NCBI GenBank assembly: GCA_963816975.1
Contig: CAWFMD010000006.1
Span: 1,499,208 to 1,563,207 of the forward strand
DNA length: 64,000 nt
DNA from: an uncultured Solirubrobacterales bacterium
GTDB lineage: Bacteria > Actinomycetota > Thermoleophilia > Solirubrobacterales > JBBDJG01
Direction of reading: 5' to 3'
Part shown: in pieces, positions 1 through 8,198 of the stretch
How positions within the stretch are numbered: the stretch's first letter is position 1
Layout of the letters: every line of letters begins with the position of its first letter
Notes under the pieces: generated by a model
What the model saw: only the letters and a program-made list of their open reading frames with translations
The model's database searches: none
Told to the model about the DNA's origin: nothing
Made by a program: the position numbers and the translations under genes

Positions 1-120
1 TCCTCCGGGTTCCCTCGAACCGCAGGTTGCACGCAGTCTTGACCGCTGGTGTGAAAGAAACCTTTACGAGCGGTTAAGCCCGGATTAAGACAGCGGTATC
101 CCGCGTGTGGAGCGGAATTG
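1..120 (-). ncRNA. ssrS: Probable 6S RNA (3' part runs off the window edge)
   Basis: Lower-GC segment downstream of nadB. The minus strand folds as a rod: ACCGC/GCGGT stem, central bubble, apical stem CTTAACCGCT/AGCGGTCAAG. The 3' arm CAACCTGCGGTTCGAGGGAAC resembles the conserved 3' segment of 6S RNAs as I recall it. Ends are approximate. Confidence 0.5.
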
Positions 121-146
121 CCGAGCGCACGCCGGCGCCCGCGCGG

Positions 147-1634
147 TCAATCCCAGCGCTGCCAGCCCTGGCCGGCGCGTCCGGTGACCCAATGGTGTGA
201 GTCGAGCGTGGAGTCCGTGGCCGGGAAATCGGCGCGCAGATGACAGCCCCGGGTCTCCCGGCGTTGGAGCGCGGAAGCGGCGATCGCCCTTGCCAGCGGG
301 TGGGGGTCGCCGGCAAGCTGCGCGAGCCCGGCGGCGTCGCGCAGCGGTCCCGCGTGGCGCCAGAGTGCGTCCCGGGTTTCCTGCGTGAGGGCGGGGCCGG
401 GGTCCGCGGGCGGGGGTGTCTTCGAGCCCTGGCCCGGCGGAGGCTCATCGAGCGCCGCATGGGCCGCCCGGCGGCCGAACACGAAGCATTCCGAGAGCGA
501 GTTCGAAGCCAGCCGGTTCGCCCCGTGCACTCCCGTGCATGCGCACTCGCCCACGGCGTAGAGTCCGGCGAGGGTCGAGCGTCCGCGGTCGTCGGTGACC
601 ACGCCACCGATCATGTAGTGGGCGGCGGGCGCGACCGGGATCGAGTCGCGGGTCGGATCGAGCCCGCCCTGCGCCAGCTTCTCGGTGATGTTGGGAAAAC
701 GGGCCGAGTCGACGGCGCGCATGTCGAGGAACACCGCGCTCCCGGAGCGCAGGCGCGCATCGATGGCCCGCGCGACCTCGTCACGCGGCGCGAGCTCGTC
801 GACGAAGCGCTCGCCCCGGTCGTCCACGATCAGCGCGCCCTCGCCGCGCACGGCTTCGGTCACGAGAAAGCCGTCGAGCGCTCCCTCCGTGCGCAGCGCG
901 GTCGGGTGGAACTGCATGAACTCGAGGTCGGCCAGCGCCGCGCCTGCCTCGAGCGCCAGGAACAGGCCGGCACCGACGGCGCCCCGCGGGTTCGTGGTGC
1001 GGCTCCAGAGCGCCGCGGCTCCACCGGTGCCCAGCACGGTCGCCCGGGCCGAGATCGTGGTCGTCTCGGTCACGACGCCCATGCAGCGGCCGTCCGCGAC
1101 GATCAAGGCTAGCGCCGACGTGCGCTCGTGCACGCCGACGCGCGGGTGCGCCGCCACCAGCTCGGAGAGGCGCGCGGTCAGATGGCGCCCGGTGGCGCTG
1201 CCGCCCGCGTGGACGACGCGCCTGCGACTGTGGCCGCCCTCGAGCGACAGCTGGAGAGCACCGTCGCCCGCGCGATCGAACGGGATGCCCAGCCGCTCCA
1301 GTTCGTGCACGCGGCCCGGCGCCTCGTCGCAGAGGATCCGGACCGCATCCGCGCTGCACGTCCCGCGCCCCGCCGCGAGGGTGTCCGCGACGTGCAGGTC
1401 GGCGTCGTCGTCCGGCGCGATCGCGGCGGCGAGGCCGCCCTGGGCCCAGTAGCTGGCCGACTGGGCGAGCGGCGAGCGGGACACGAGCGCCACGCGGGCG
1501 CCCTGCTCCGCTCCCACCAGCGCCGTGAAGAGCCCCGCGGCGCCGGCACCCACGACCACCACGTCGGCTGCCTCGTCCACGGCCGCAGGGCGGGTCAACG
1601 CGGTGCGCGCGCTCGCATGTGGCGGGTCTCGCAT
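147..1634 (-). CDS. nadB: L-aspartate oxidase
   Basis: GAGAAG FAD motif, [42 protein letters not shown]. Start uncertain. Confidence 0.9.
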   Translation of the reverse strand: MRDPPHASARTALTRPAAVDEAADVVVVGAGAAGLFTALVGAEQGARVALVSRSPLAQSASYWAQGGLAAAIAPDDDADLHVADTLAAGRGTCSADAVRILCDEAPGRVHELERLGIPFDRAGDGALQLSLEGGHSRRRVVHAGGSATGRHLTARLSELVAAHPRVGVHERTSALALIVADGRCMGVVTETTTISARATVLGTGGAAALWSRTTNPRGAVGAGLFLALEAGAALADLEFMQFHPTALRTEGALDGFLVTEAVRGEGALIVDDRGERFVDELAPRDEVARAIDARLRSGSAVFLDMRAVDSARFPNITEKLAQGGLDPTRDSIPVAPAAHYMIGGVVTDDRGRSTLAGLYAVGECACTGVHGANRLASNSLSECFVFGRRAAHAALDEPPPGQGSKTPPPADPGPALTQETRDALWRHAGPLRDAAGLAQLAGDPHPLARAIAASALQRRETRGCHLRADFPATDSTLDSHHWVTGRAGQGWQRWD

Positions 1635-1716
1635 GGGGCGGACGCTGGCAGGGCCGGGGGTGGCACGGGCCAGTACGGTATCCGCACCCGGGAGCCCGCA
1701 CCGCTTCCCGGCATGC

Positions 1717-2733
1717 ATGAGTCGCGCCTTGTACCTACATCACCCTTCGTCCCTGGAGCACGACACGGGCGACCATCCGGAGCAGCCCGCGCGCATCACG
1801 GCGATCGAGCGCGAGCTGGAGGGCCGCGGCTGGCTGGGCTACGAGCGCGAGCCGGCGCCGCGCGCGGAGCGCAGCGCGGTCGAGGCCGTGCACCCGCGCG
1901 CGCATGTGGATCGCATCGCCGCGATCAGCCGGCAGGGCGGGGGGATGCTCGACATGGACACGGTCGCCTCGGCGCGCTCGTTCGATGCGGCGCTGCATGC
2001 GGCCGGCGGTGCGGTCCGCGCCGTGGAGGCGCTGCTTTCCGGAGAAGCCGAGGTGGCCTTCTGCGGGCTGCGACCGCCCGGCCACCACGCCGAGACGGCG
2101 CGCGCGATGGGCTTCTGCCTGTTCAACAACGTGGCGATCGGTGCGCGCCGCGCGCTCGCGGGCCGCGGCGTGGACCGTGTGCTGATCCTCGATTGGGACG
2201 TGCACCACGGCAACGGAACGAACGACATCTTCTACGACACCGCCGACGTGCTGTACGTCAGCCTTCATCAGTCGCCGCTCTATCCGGGCACGGGATCGCT
2301 GCACGAAAACGGCGCGGGCGCGGGCGAGGGGTACACGGTGAACCTGCCGGTGGCACCGGGCGCCGGCCACGACGATTGGCTGTCGCTGTTGGAGCACGTG
2401 GTCGCGCCGATCGCGCGCGAGTACCGGCCGGAGCTGATGCTGGTGTCGGCGGGCTTCGACGGCCACCGCGACGACCCGCTCGCGAATTGCGAGCTGACCG
2501 AGCGCAGCTACGGCGCGCTGTCGGCCGGCATGCGCGCGCTGTCGCACGAGCTGTCAGCGCCGCTGGGATTCGTGCTCGAGGGCGGGTACGACCTGCGCGC
2601 ACTCGCCGCCTCGGTCGCGGCGACCATGGAAGCCGCGCGCAGCGGCGCCGCGCCGGCGGGCGTCGAGGCGGGCGCGCTCGCGCAGCGCGCGCGGTCCCAC
2701 TACGAGCGGTGGTGGCCGACGCTCGCCGGCTGA
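1717..2733 (+). CDS. Histone deacetylase family (AcuC/AphA-like) deacylase
   Basis: HPE, RPPGHHA, GFCLFNN, DWDVHHGNGT, SAGFD, LEGGY motifs. Confidence 0.92.
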   Translation: MSRALYLHHPSSLEHDTGDHPEQPARITAIERELEGRGWLGYEREPAPRAERSAVEAVHPRAHVDRIAAISRQGGGMLDMDTVASARSFDAALHAAGGAVRAVEALLSGEAEVAFCGLRPPGHHAETARAMGFCLFNNVAIGARRALAGRGVDRVLILDWDVHHGNGTNDIFYDTADVLYVSLHQSPLYPGTGSLHENGAGAGEGYTVNLPVAPGAGHDDWLSLLEHVVAPIAREYRPELMLVSAGFDGHRDDPLANCELTERSYGALSAGMRALSHELSAPLGFVLEGGYDLRALAASVAATMEAARSGAAPAGVEAGALAQRARSHYERWWPTLAG

Positions 2734-2746
2734 GCGGCTCGCGCGC

Positions 2747-2780
2747 AAAAAGAAGGGCGCCGTGCAAGCACGGCGCCCTT
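2747..2780 (-). terminator. Intrinsic terminator for a minus-strand transcript
   Basis: Perfect 12-bp stem AAGGGCGCCGTG-CTTG-CACGGCGCCCTT followed by CTTTTT on the minus strand. Confidence 0.85.
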
Positions 2781-3185
2781 GCCCCCCGCTAGCAAGGCTC
2801 CCCAGCGTCTAGCGCTGCCTCCCGGGAGCCTCGTATGTAACGACCGCCGCGAGGGCGGCCGCCGAGGCGTCGGCCTCATGGTGTGGCGCGAAGCGATGGC
2901 TCTTCGCGCAATCGGCCTGGAGACGGTGGAACGGTCTCCAGCCCCTGCCGGCCGACCCTGCCATGTTGCCCTCGGTAGGAATCGGCCATCTGTTGAGGAC
3001 GACGCACCCGCTCTTGACGATCCGGGTTCGCCGGACTATGGCGTTGCCACGAACGCATGTCGCACTGGGCGTGCGACGAGCCGCAATGGCCAAGATAGAA
3101 CGGCCAAGCCGCTCCGTGGCTGCCAATGGATCCTCCTTGTCCCGCGAATCACACGGACCGAAGTCCGCAGGCGAGTAAACGCCTG
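2747..3185 (-). ncRNA. Candidate large structured RNA (~440 nt); also contains a 105-codon ORF (2809-3126)
   Basis: About 10 consecutive hairpins, a cUUCGg tetraloop (3153-3168), G.U pairs that work only on the minus strand, an upstream TATAGT and a terminator at the 3' end. Confidence 0.55.
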
Positions 3186-3190
3186 TCGTG

Positions 3191-3229
3191 ACTATAGAGG
3201 CGACTGGACGGCCGGGCCATCTTTTTTTT
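3191..3229 (-). promoter_or_regulatory. Putative sigma70-type promoter (TATAGT -10, upstream A8 tract)
   Basis: Minus-strand TATAGT at 3196-3191, weak -35 (TGGCCC) 17 bp upstream, A8 run (3222-3229) in the UP-element position. Confidence 0.55.
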
Positions 3230-3338
3230 GGCGTCGAATCGGCAGCCCTGCGGCCACGATTCTTGACGCCTGCGACTGGATCGGTACGGCTCTGCCCGAC
3301 ACGCTTCGCGCGTCAACTCGATCGGACAGGAGGTCGTC

Positions 3339-3581
3339 TTGCTCGTACCTTTCCTTCACCAGCAACTCCTACTCGCGCGGCAGGCTCGGCTGGTGCATCG
3401 CGCCGGCTCTTGCACGCGTGGTCAGGGCACCGTGGAGTACGTCGCGCTGATCACTTTGGTGGCGCTCGTCATGGTCGGAGTGATCGCCGCACTCAAGAGC
3501 GCCCAGTTCGCAGAGGGCCAGGAGCTTGGCGCGATGATCCTGAAGAAGATCACCGAGGCCGTCAGCAAAGTGAAGTACTGA
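3339..3581 (+). CDS. Flp/Fap-type (type IVb/Tad) pilin
   Basis: RBS AGGAGG before TTG; G-X4-E-Y motif (RGQGTVEY) followed by a hydrophobic helix; 80 aa. Confidence 0.75.
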   Translation: MLVPFLHQQLLLARQARLVHRAGSCTRGQGTVEYVALITLVALVMVGVIAALKSAQFAEGQELGAMILKKITEAVSKVKY

Positions 3582-3607
3582 GGGCCGTCGGCCATAGCAT
3601 TGCGTCC

Positions 3608-4337
3608 GTGGCGACGACTCGCTCCGACCACCGCGCTCCCGACGCGCTGCGCCCCGTCCACATCGAACCCGGCTTCGTGGGCAGTGCGCACGGGTCGGCG
3701 CTGATCGCCGTGGGCGGCACGCGGGTGATCTGCACGGCCTCCATCGTGGAGTCGGTGCCCGGTTGGCGCGAGGCGTCAGGGGGCGGATGGCTGACGGCCG
3801 AGTACGGGATGCTCCCCGCGTCCACCGGCAGCCGCAGGCAGCGCGACGTCACGCGGGGGCGGCCCGATGGCCGCACGGTCGAGATCCAGCGCCTGATCGG
3901 TCGCGCGTTGCGGGCAGTTGCGGACCTCGACGCCTTCGGCCCCCGCAGCGTGTATGTCGACTGCGACGTGCTGGAGGCCGACGGCGGCACGCGCTGCGCC
4001 GCGATCACCGGCGGCTTCGTGGCGCTCGACCTGGCGCTGCGAAGCCTGGTGCAGCGCGGCAAGCTGGAGCGGGTCCCGTTGCACGGCTCGGTCGCGGCGG
4101 TGTCGTGCGGGCTGGTATCGAGGTGCGCCGCTGCTCGACCTCGACTACAAGGAGGACTTCGGGGCGGAGGTCGACATGAACGTGGTGATGACCGGCGAGG
4201 GCGAGTTGGTCGAGGTGCAGGCGACCGCCGAGGAGGTGCCGTTCTCGCGCGCGTCGCTCGATGACCTGCTGGGGCTCGCGGCCAAGGGCATCTCGGAGCT
4301 CGACGCCGCCCAGCGCGCCGCGGTCGCGGCGGCCTGA
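3608..4337 (+). CDS. rph: Ribonuclease PH with one frameshift (~4115-4121); pseudogene or sequencing error
   Basis: N-terminal part ([31 protein letters not shown]) is in one frame and C-terminal part ([22 protein letters not shown]) is in the +1 frame; followed by rdgB as usual. Confidence 0.9.
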
Positions 4338-4403
4338 GCAGCCCGCGGCCGGCGCACTCCGGCGCCTCGGTCGCGCCACCTGCTTCCCTACGATGGGATC
4401 GCC

Positions 4404-4985
4404 TTGCGCTTGGTAGTCGCAACCCTCAACCCGCACAAGCTGCGTGAGCTCGGTGGCCTGCTGGCCGCCCACTCGCTGATCCCCTTGCCGTATTGGGCGG
4501 AACTGCCGGAGGAGGTCGGCAAGACGTTCGAGGACAACGCGGTCAGCAAGGCGCACGCCGCCGCCGCCGCGGCCGGCATCCCCGCCGTGGCGGACGACTC
4601 GGGCATCGTCGTGTACGCGCTCGACGGTGCGCCCGGCGTGCGTTCGGCGCGGTTTGCGGGCGAGGGCGCCACCGACGAGCAGAACCTGCAGAAGCTGCTC
4701 CGCGAGATGCGCGACCAGGACAATCGCGAGGCGGCGTTCGTGTGCTCGATCGCCTATGCGGAGCCGGACGGCACGAACACGGTGTTCCACGGGCGCTGCG
4801 AGGGCCGCGTGATCGAGTCTCCGCGCGGCGCGGGCGGCTTCGGCTACGACCCGGTGTTCGTCCCGGCGGACCTGAACGGCGCCGAGCGCACGATGGCGGA
4901 GCTGTCGCAGGCCGAGAAGGACGAGATCAGCCACCGCGGCCGCGCCATGCGCGAGCTGGTGGACTGGCTGCCACCGGGGCTGTGA
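4404..4985 (+). CDS. rdgB: Non-canonical purine NTP pyrophosphatase
   Basis: ATLNPHKLRE, ADDSG, APGVRSAR, GFGYDPVF, SHRGRA. Confidence 0.95.
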   Translation: MRLVVATLNPHKLRELGGLLAAHSLIPLPYWAELPEEVGKTFEDNAVSKAHAAAAAAGIPAVADDSGIVVYALDGAPGVRSARFAGEGATDEQNLQKLLREMRDQDNREAAFVCSIAYAEPDGTNTVFHGRCEGRVIESPRGAGGFGYDPVFVPADLNGAERTMAELSQAEKDEISHRGRAMRELVDWLPPGL

Positions 4986-5035
4986 CCGGCAGGCCCTCAC
5001 GACGCGCCCGCGAGGGCGGCGGTCGTGGAGGTGTT

Positions 5036-5965
5036 CTGAACACGCCGCTGATCGCCCCGGATGCGGTCAAGGGGTCGACCAAGTTCGGGGCCGCCCGGCT
5101 CTCGATCGTGTCAAACACGACCCTGATCTTGCTGAAGGTGGTCGCCGGAGCGGTCACGGGTTCGATCGCGATCATCACCGAGGCGGTGCACTCGAGCATC
5201 GATTTGCTCGCGTCGATCGTCGCCTACCTGTCGCTGCGCAAGGCCGACGAGCCGGCCGACGCGGAACACCAGTACGGGCACGCCAAGGCCGAGAACCTCG
5301 CCGCGGCGATCGAGGGCATGTTGATCCTCGTCGGAGCCGGCGTGATCGTGTACGAGGCATCGCGGCGGCTCGCGCTCGGCGGCGACGTCGAGAACCTGGG
5401 ATTCGGCATCGCGGTGATCGCGGTGTCGGCCGTCGTGAACCTCGTGGTGTCCACCTATCTCTACCGGCGGGCACGGGCACACGACTCGCCCGCGCTCGAG
5501 GGTGATGCTGCGCACCTGCGCGCCGACGCGGCCACGTCGCTGGCAGTGCTGCTCGGCCTCGTGCTGATCGAGGTGACCGGGTTCGAGCAGCTCGACGCGA
5601 TCGTCGCGCTGATGGTCGCCTCCGCGATCGTGTACACGGGAGTGCGGATCCTGTCTCGCTCGTCGCGCGTGCTGATGGACGAGGCGCTGCCGCAGGACGA
5701 GCTGGACATCGTGCGCAAGCTGATCTCCGACTACCCAGGCTCGGAGCTCGAGGGGTTCCACAAGCTGCGCGGGCGCCGCGCGGGCAGTGCACGCTACATC
5801 GACCTGCATCTGCAGTTCACCCAGGGCACGTCGCTGGAGCGGGCGCACGACGTCGCGCACGAGATCCAGGCCGCGGTGCGCGAGCAGATACCGGCCGTCG
5901 ACCTGCTCGTGCACGTCGAGCCGTCGAGGCGCGCCGTGGCGCGGTCGGTCAGGGGAGAAGGTTGA
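5036..5965 (+). CDS. Cation diffusion facilitator transporter (FieF-like)
   Basis: EAVHSSID, PADAEHQYGHAKAE, HLRAD, C-terminal VHVEP; six TM segments. Start uncertain. Confidence 0.9.
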   Translation: MNTPLIAPDAVKGSTKFGAARLSIVSNTTLILLKVVAGAVTGSIAIITEAVHSSIDLLASIVAYLSLRKADEPADAEHQYGHAKAENLAAAIEGMLILVGAGVIVYEASRRLALGGDVENLGFGIAVIAVSAVVNLVVSTYLYRRARAHDSPALEGDAAHLRADAATSLAVLLGLVLIEVTGFEQLDAIVALMVASAIVYTGVRILSRSSRVLMDEALPQDELDIVRKLISDYPGSELEGFHKLRGRRAGSARYIDLHLQFTQGTSLERAHDVAHEIQAAVREQIPAVDLLVHVEPSRRAVARSVRGEG

Positions 5966-6092
5966 CGGCGGCCGACAGGCCCACGAAGGCGAGCACGGCG
6001 CTGTAGCCGTCGTAGCCGTTGATGAGCAGCAGCAGGGACGCGATCGCGCAGATGCCGGTAACGGTGATCCAGGCCGCACGGGACAGGGTCAT
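5949..6092 (-). CDS. Small two-TM membrane protein (47 aa)
   Basis: MTLSRAAWITV...AAVNLLP; two hydrophobic helices and typical high-GC codon usage. Confidence 0.6.
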   Translation of the reverse strand: MTLSRAAWITVTGICAIASLLLLINGYDGYSAVLAFVGLSAAVNLLP

Positions 6093-6173
6093 GGACCCGT
6101 GCATTGTGCCGCAGGCAGCCGTCGGCCATGCGTCGCGCCCAATGGTCCGCCTGCCGGGTTTATCGTGTGGGCG

Positions 6174-6581
6174 GTGCCCACGTCCGCCCACGACCTCGCG
6201 CTGCGCTATCTGCTCGAGCTGTCCGCCGACATCCGGGGCGCACTGCTGCTGGACCGCGACGGACGGCTGCTCGCGAGGGCCGGCCATTTGCCTCCGGAGG
6301 ACCTCGAGTCGGTCGGGCGGCGGCTTGCCGACAGCGCCCGCGCGCTGTCGCACAACGGCGGGCCGGCCGGGGCCGGGCACGACCGGCAGGCGGCGGTCGA
6401 GGTCGACGTGCTCTCCGGCGGCGGCGCGATGTTCCTGCTGGGCGAGGCCGATCTCGTGATGGCCTGTGTCACCAATCGCAACGTCAACCCCGGCCTGATC
6501 TTCTACGACATGCACGCCGTGCTGCGTGACCTCGAGCGGGCGGCGGCGGCGGAGGCGCGCCGCGAGGCAGGGACCCGATGA
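6174..6581 (+). CDS. Roadblock/LC7-like protein
   Basis: IRGALLLDRDGRLLA and ACVT..NVNPGLIFYDM pattern; TATCGT 7 nt upstream of GTG. Confidence 0.65.
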   Translation: MPTSAHDLALRYLLELSADIRGALLLDRDGRLLARAGHLPPEDLESVGRRLADSARALSHNGGPAGAGHDRQAAVEVDVLSGGGAMFLLGEADLVMACVTNRNVNPGLIFYDMHAVLRDLERAAAAEARREAGTR

Positions 6582-6808
6582 AGCCGCCGGGAGGACGCCT
6601 GGGCGGGTACGCGGGCGAGGTCGCCGCCGCATTGCGCCGCCGCAAGGAGGTGCGTCGTCCACGCGTGCGCGTGCGTCTCGACCACCGCGAGGCGCGATTG
6701 CTCGACCAGGGCACCGCGGAGGCGGAGCGGCTCCTCACTCTCGCCCGCGAGCTGATCGGGGAACCCCCATTGGAAGAAACGCGAAAGGAGCCAGGACATG
6801 CCGGCTGA
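6578..6808 (+). CDS. Small hypothetical protein (76 aa)
   Basis: ATGA overlap with the upstream gene and overlap with the tldD start. Confidence 0.6.
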   Translation: MKPPGGRLGGYAGEVAAALRRRKEVRRPRVRVRLDHREARLLDQGTAEAERLLTLARELIGEPPLEETRKEPGHAG

Positions 6809-8198
6809 GTCACCCGAGTTGCTTCCGGCGGAGGTCGCCGGCCGGCTCGTCGAGCGCGCGCTGCGCCGCGGAGGAGACTTCGCGGATCTGTACGTCGAGC
6901 GGCGCGACGGCTTCACGCTGTCGCTCGATGACCGCCGGGTGGAGCGCGCGCAGACAGGCTCGGAGACCGGCGCCGCGATCCGCGTCGTGGCCGGCGACGC
7001 CACGTATTTCGGACACGTCGACGGCTTGGCGGAACCCGACCTCGAGCGGCTCGCGGACGAGGTTGCGTCCGCCGTTCGCGGGAAACGCGGGCAGTCGCGG
7101 GCCCTCGCGGCGGCGCACGCACATCCGCGCCAGGAGGTGCAGATCGACCCGCACTCCGTGCCGCCCGAGCGCAAGGCGGCGCTGCTGCGGGAGTGTGACG
7201 AGCGCGCGCGCGGCATCGGCCAGGCGGTCACGCAGGTGGCGGCCTCGTATGTCGAAGGCCGGCGGCGGGTCCAGGTCGCGAACTCCGACGGCCTGCTGGC
7301 GGGCGACGATCGTACGCGCGTGCGGCTCGGCGCTCAGGTGGTGGCACGCCGCGACGATCGTGTCGAGGCCGGCAGCGAGTCGCTCGCCGGCCATGCGGGT
7401 TTCGAGCTCTTCGAGGGCGACCCCGCGCGGGTGGCCGAGCAGGCCGCCCGCCGCGCGTTGACGATGCTCGGCGCCCGGCCTGCGCCTGCGGGGCGCATGC
7501 CGGTCGTGGTCGGCAACGGCTTCGGCGGCGTCCTGTTCCACGAGGCGACCGGACACGGTCTCGAGTCGGATGCCGTGCAGAAGCACGCTTCGGTGTACGA
7601 GGGACGCCTGGGGGACAGGCTCGCGTCCTCGATCGTCAGTGCCTATGACGACGGCACGATGCCGGGGGAGTGGGGTACCGACGCGATTGACGACGAGGGC
7701 ACGCCCTGCCAGGCGACCCAGGTGCTCGATGGCGGGGAGCTGTGCACCTACCTGTACGACCTGTTGCGTGCGAGCAAGGACGGGCGCCGCTCGACGGGCA
7801 ACGGACGGCGCCAGAGCTTCCGCCATCTCCCGATCCCGCGCATGACGAACACCTACATCGCACCGCTGGACGCGGACCCGCAGGACATCATCGGGGACGT
7901 GGAGCAGGGCCTCTACGCCGTGTCGTTTGCGGGGGGCCAGGTTGAGCCCGCGACGGGTGACTTCGTGTTCGGGCTCTCGGAGGGCTACCTGATCGAGCAG
8001 GGCGAGGTGACCGCGCCGGTGCGGGGAGCCACGCTGATCGGAAACGGCCTCGACGTGCTGACCAGGATCGACGCGATCGGCAACGACCTGGCGATGAAGA
8101 GCGGCTTCTGCGGCAAGGACGGTCAGCAGGTCCCGGTCGGAACCGGTCAGCCGACCGTGCGGATCTCCGAGTTGACCGTGGGAGGCACCGATGTCTAG
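6798..8198 (+). CDS. tldD: TldD metalloprotease subunit
   Basis: FHEATGHGLE, DDEG, PRMTNT, CGKDGQ. Confidence 0.93.
   Translation: MPAESPELLPAEVAGRLVERALRRGGDFADLYVERRDGFTLSLDDRRVERAQTGSETGAAIRVVAGDATYFGHVDGLAEPDLERLADEVASAVRGKRGQSRALAAAHAHPRQEVQIDPHSVPPERKAALLRECDERARGIGQAVTQVAASYVEGRRRVQVANSDGLLAGDDRTRVRLGAQVVARRDDRVEAGSESLAGHAGFELFEGDPARVAEQAARRALTMLGARPAPAGRMPVVVGNGFGGVLFHEATGHGLESDAVQKHASVYEGRLGDRLASSIVSAYDDGTMPGEWGTDAIDDEGTPCQATQVLDGGELCTYLYDLLRASKDGRRSTGNGRRQSFRHLPIPRMTNTYIAPLDADPQDIIGDVEQGLYAVSFAGGQVEPATGDFVFGLSEGYLIEQGEVTAPVRGATLIGNGLDVLTRIDAIGNDLAMKSGFCGKDGQQVPVGTGQPTVRISELTVGGTDV

Noticed and set aside
2747-3185. RNase P RNA, tmRNA, SRP RNA or known riboswitch
   Set aside because: No GAGGAAAGUCC, no tRNA-like ends, no SRP GGAA/GCAG loop, and no riboswitch consensus that I recognise.
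2779-3450. Plus-strand 223-aa ORF and other ORFs across the structured region
   Set aside because: No RBS, atypical codon use, and conflict with the minus-strand promoter/terminator and the pilin frame.
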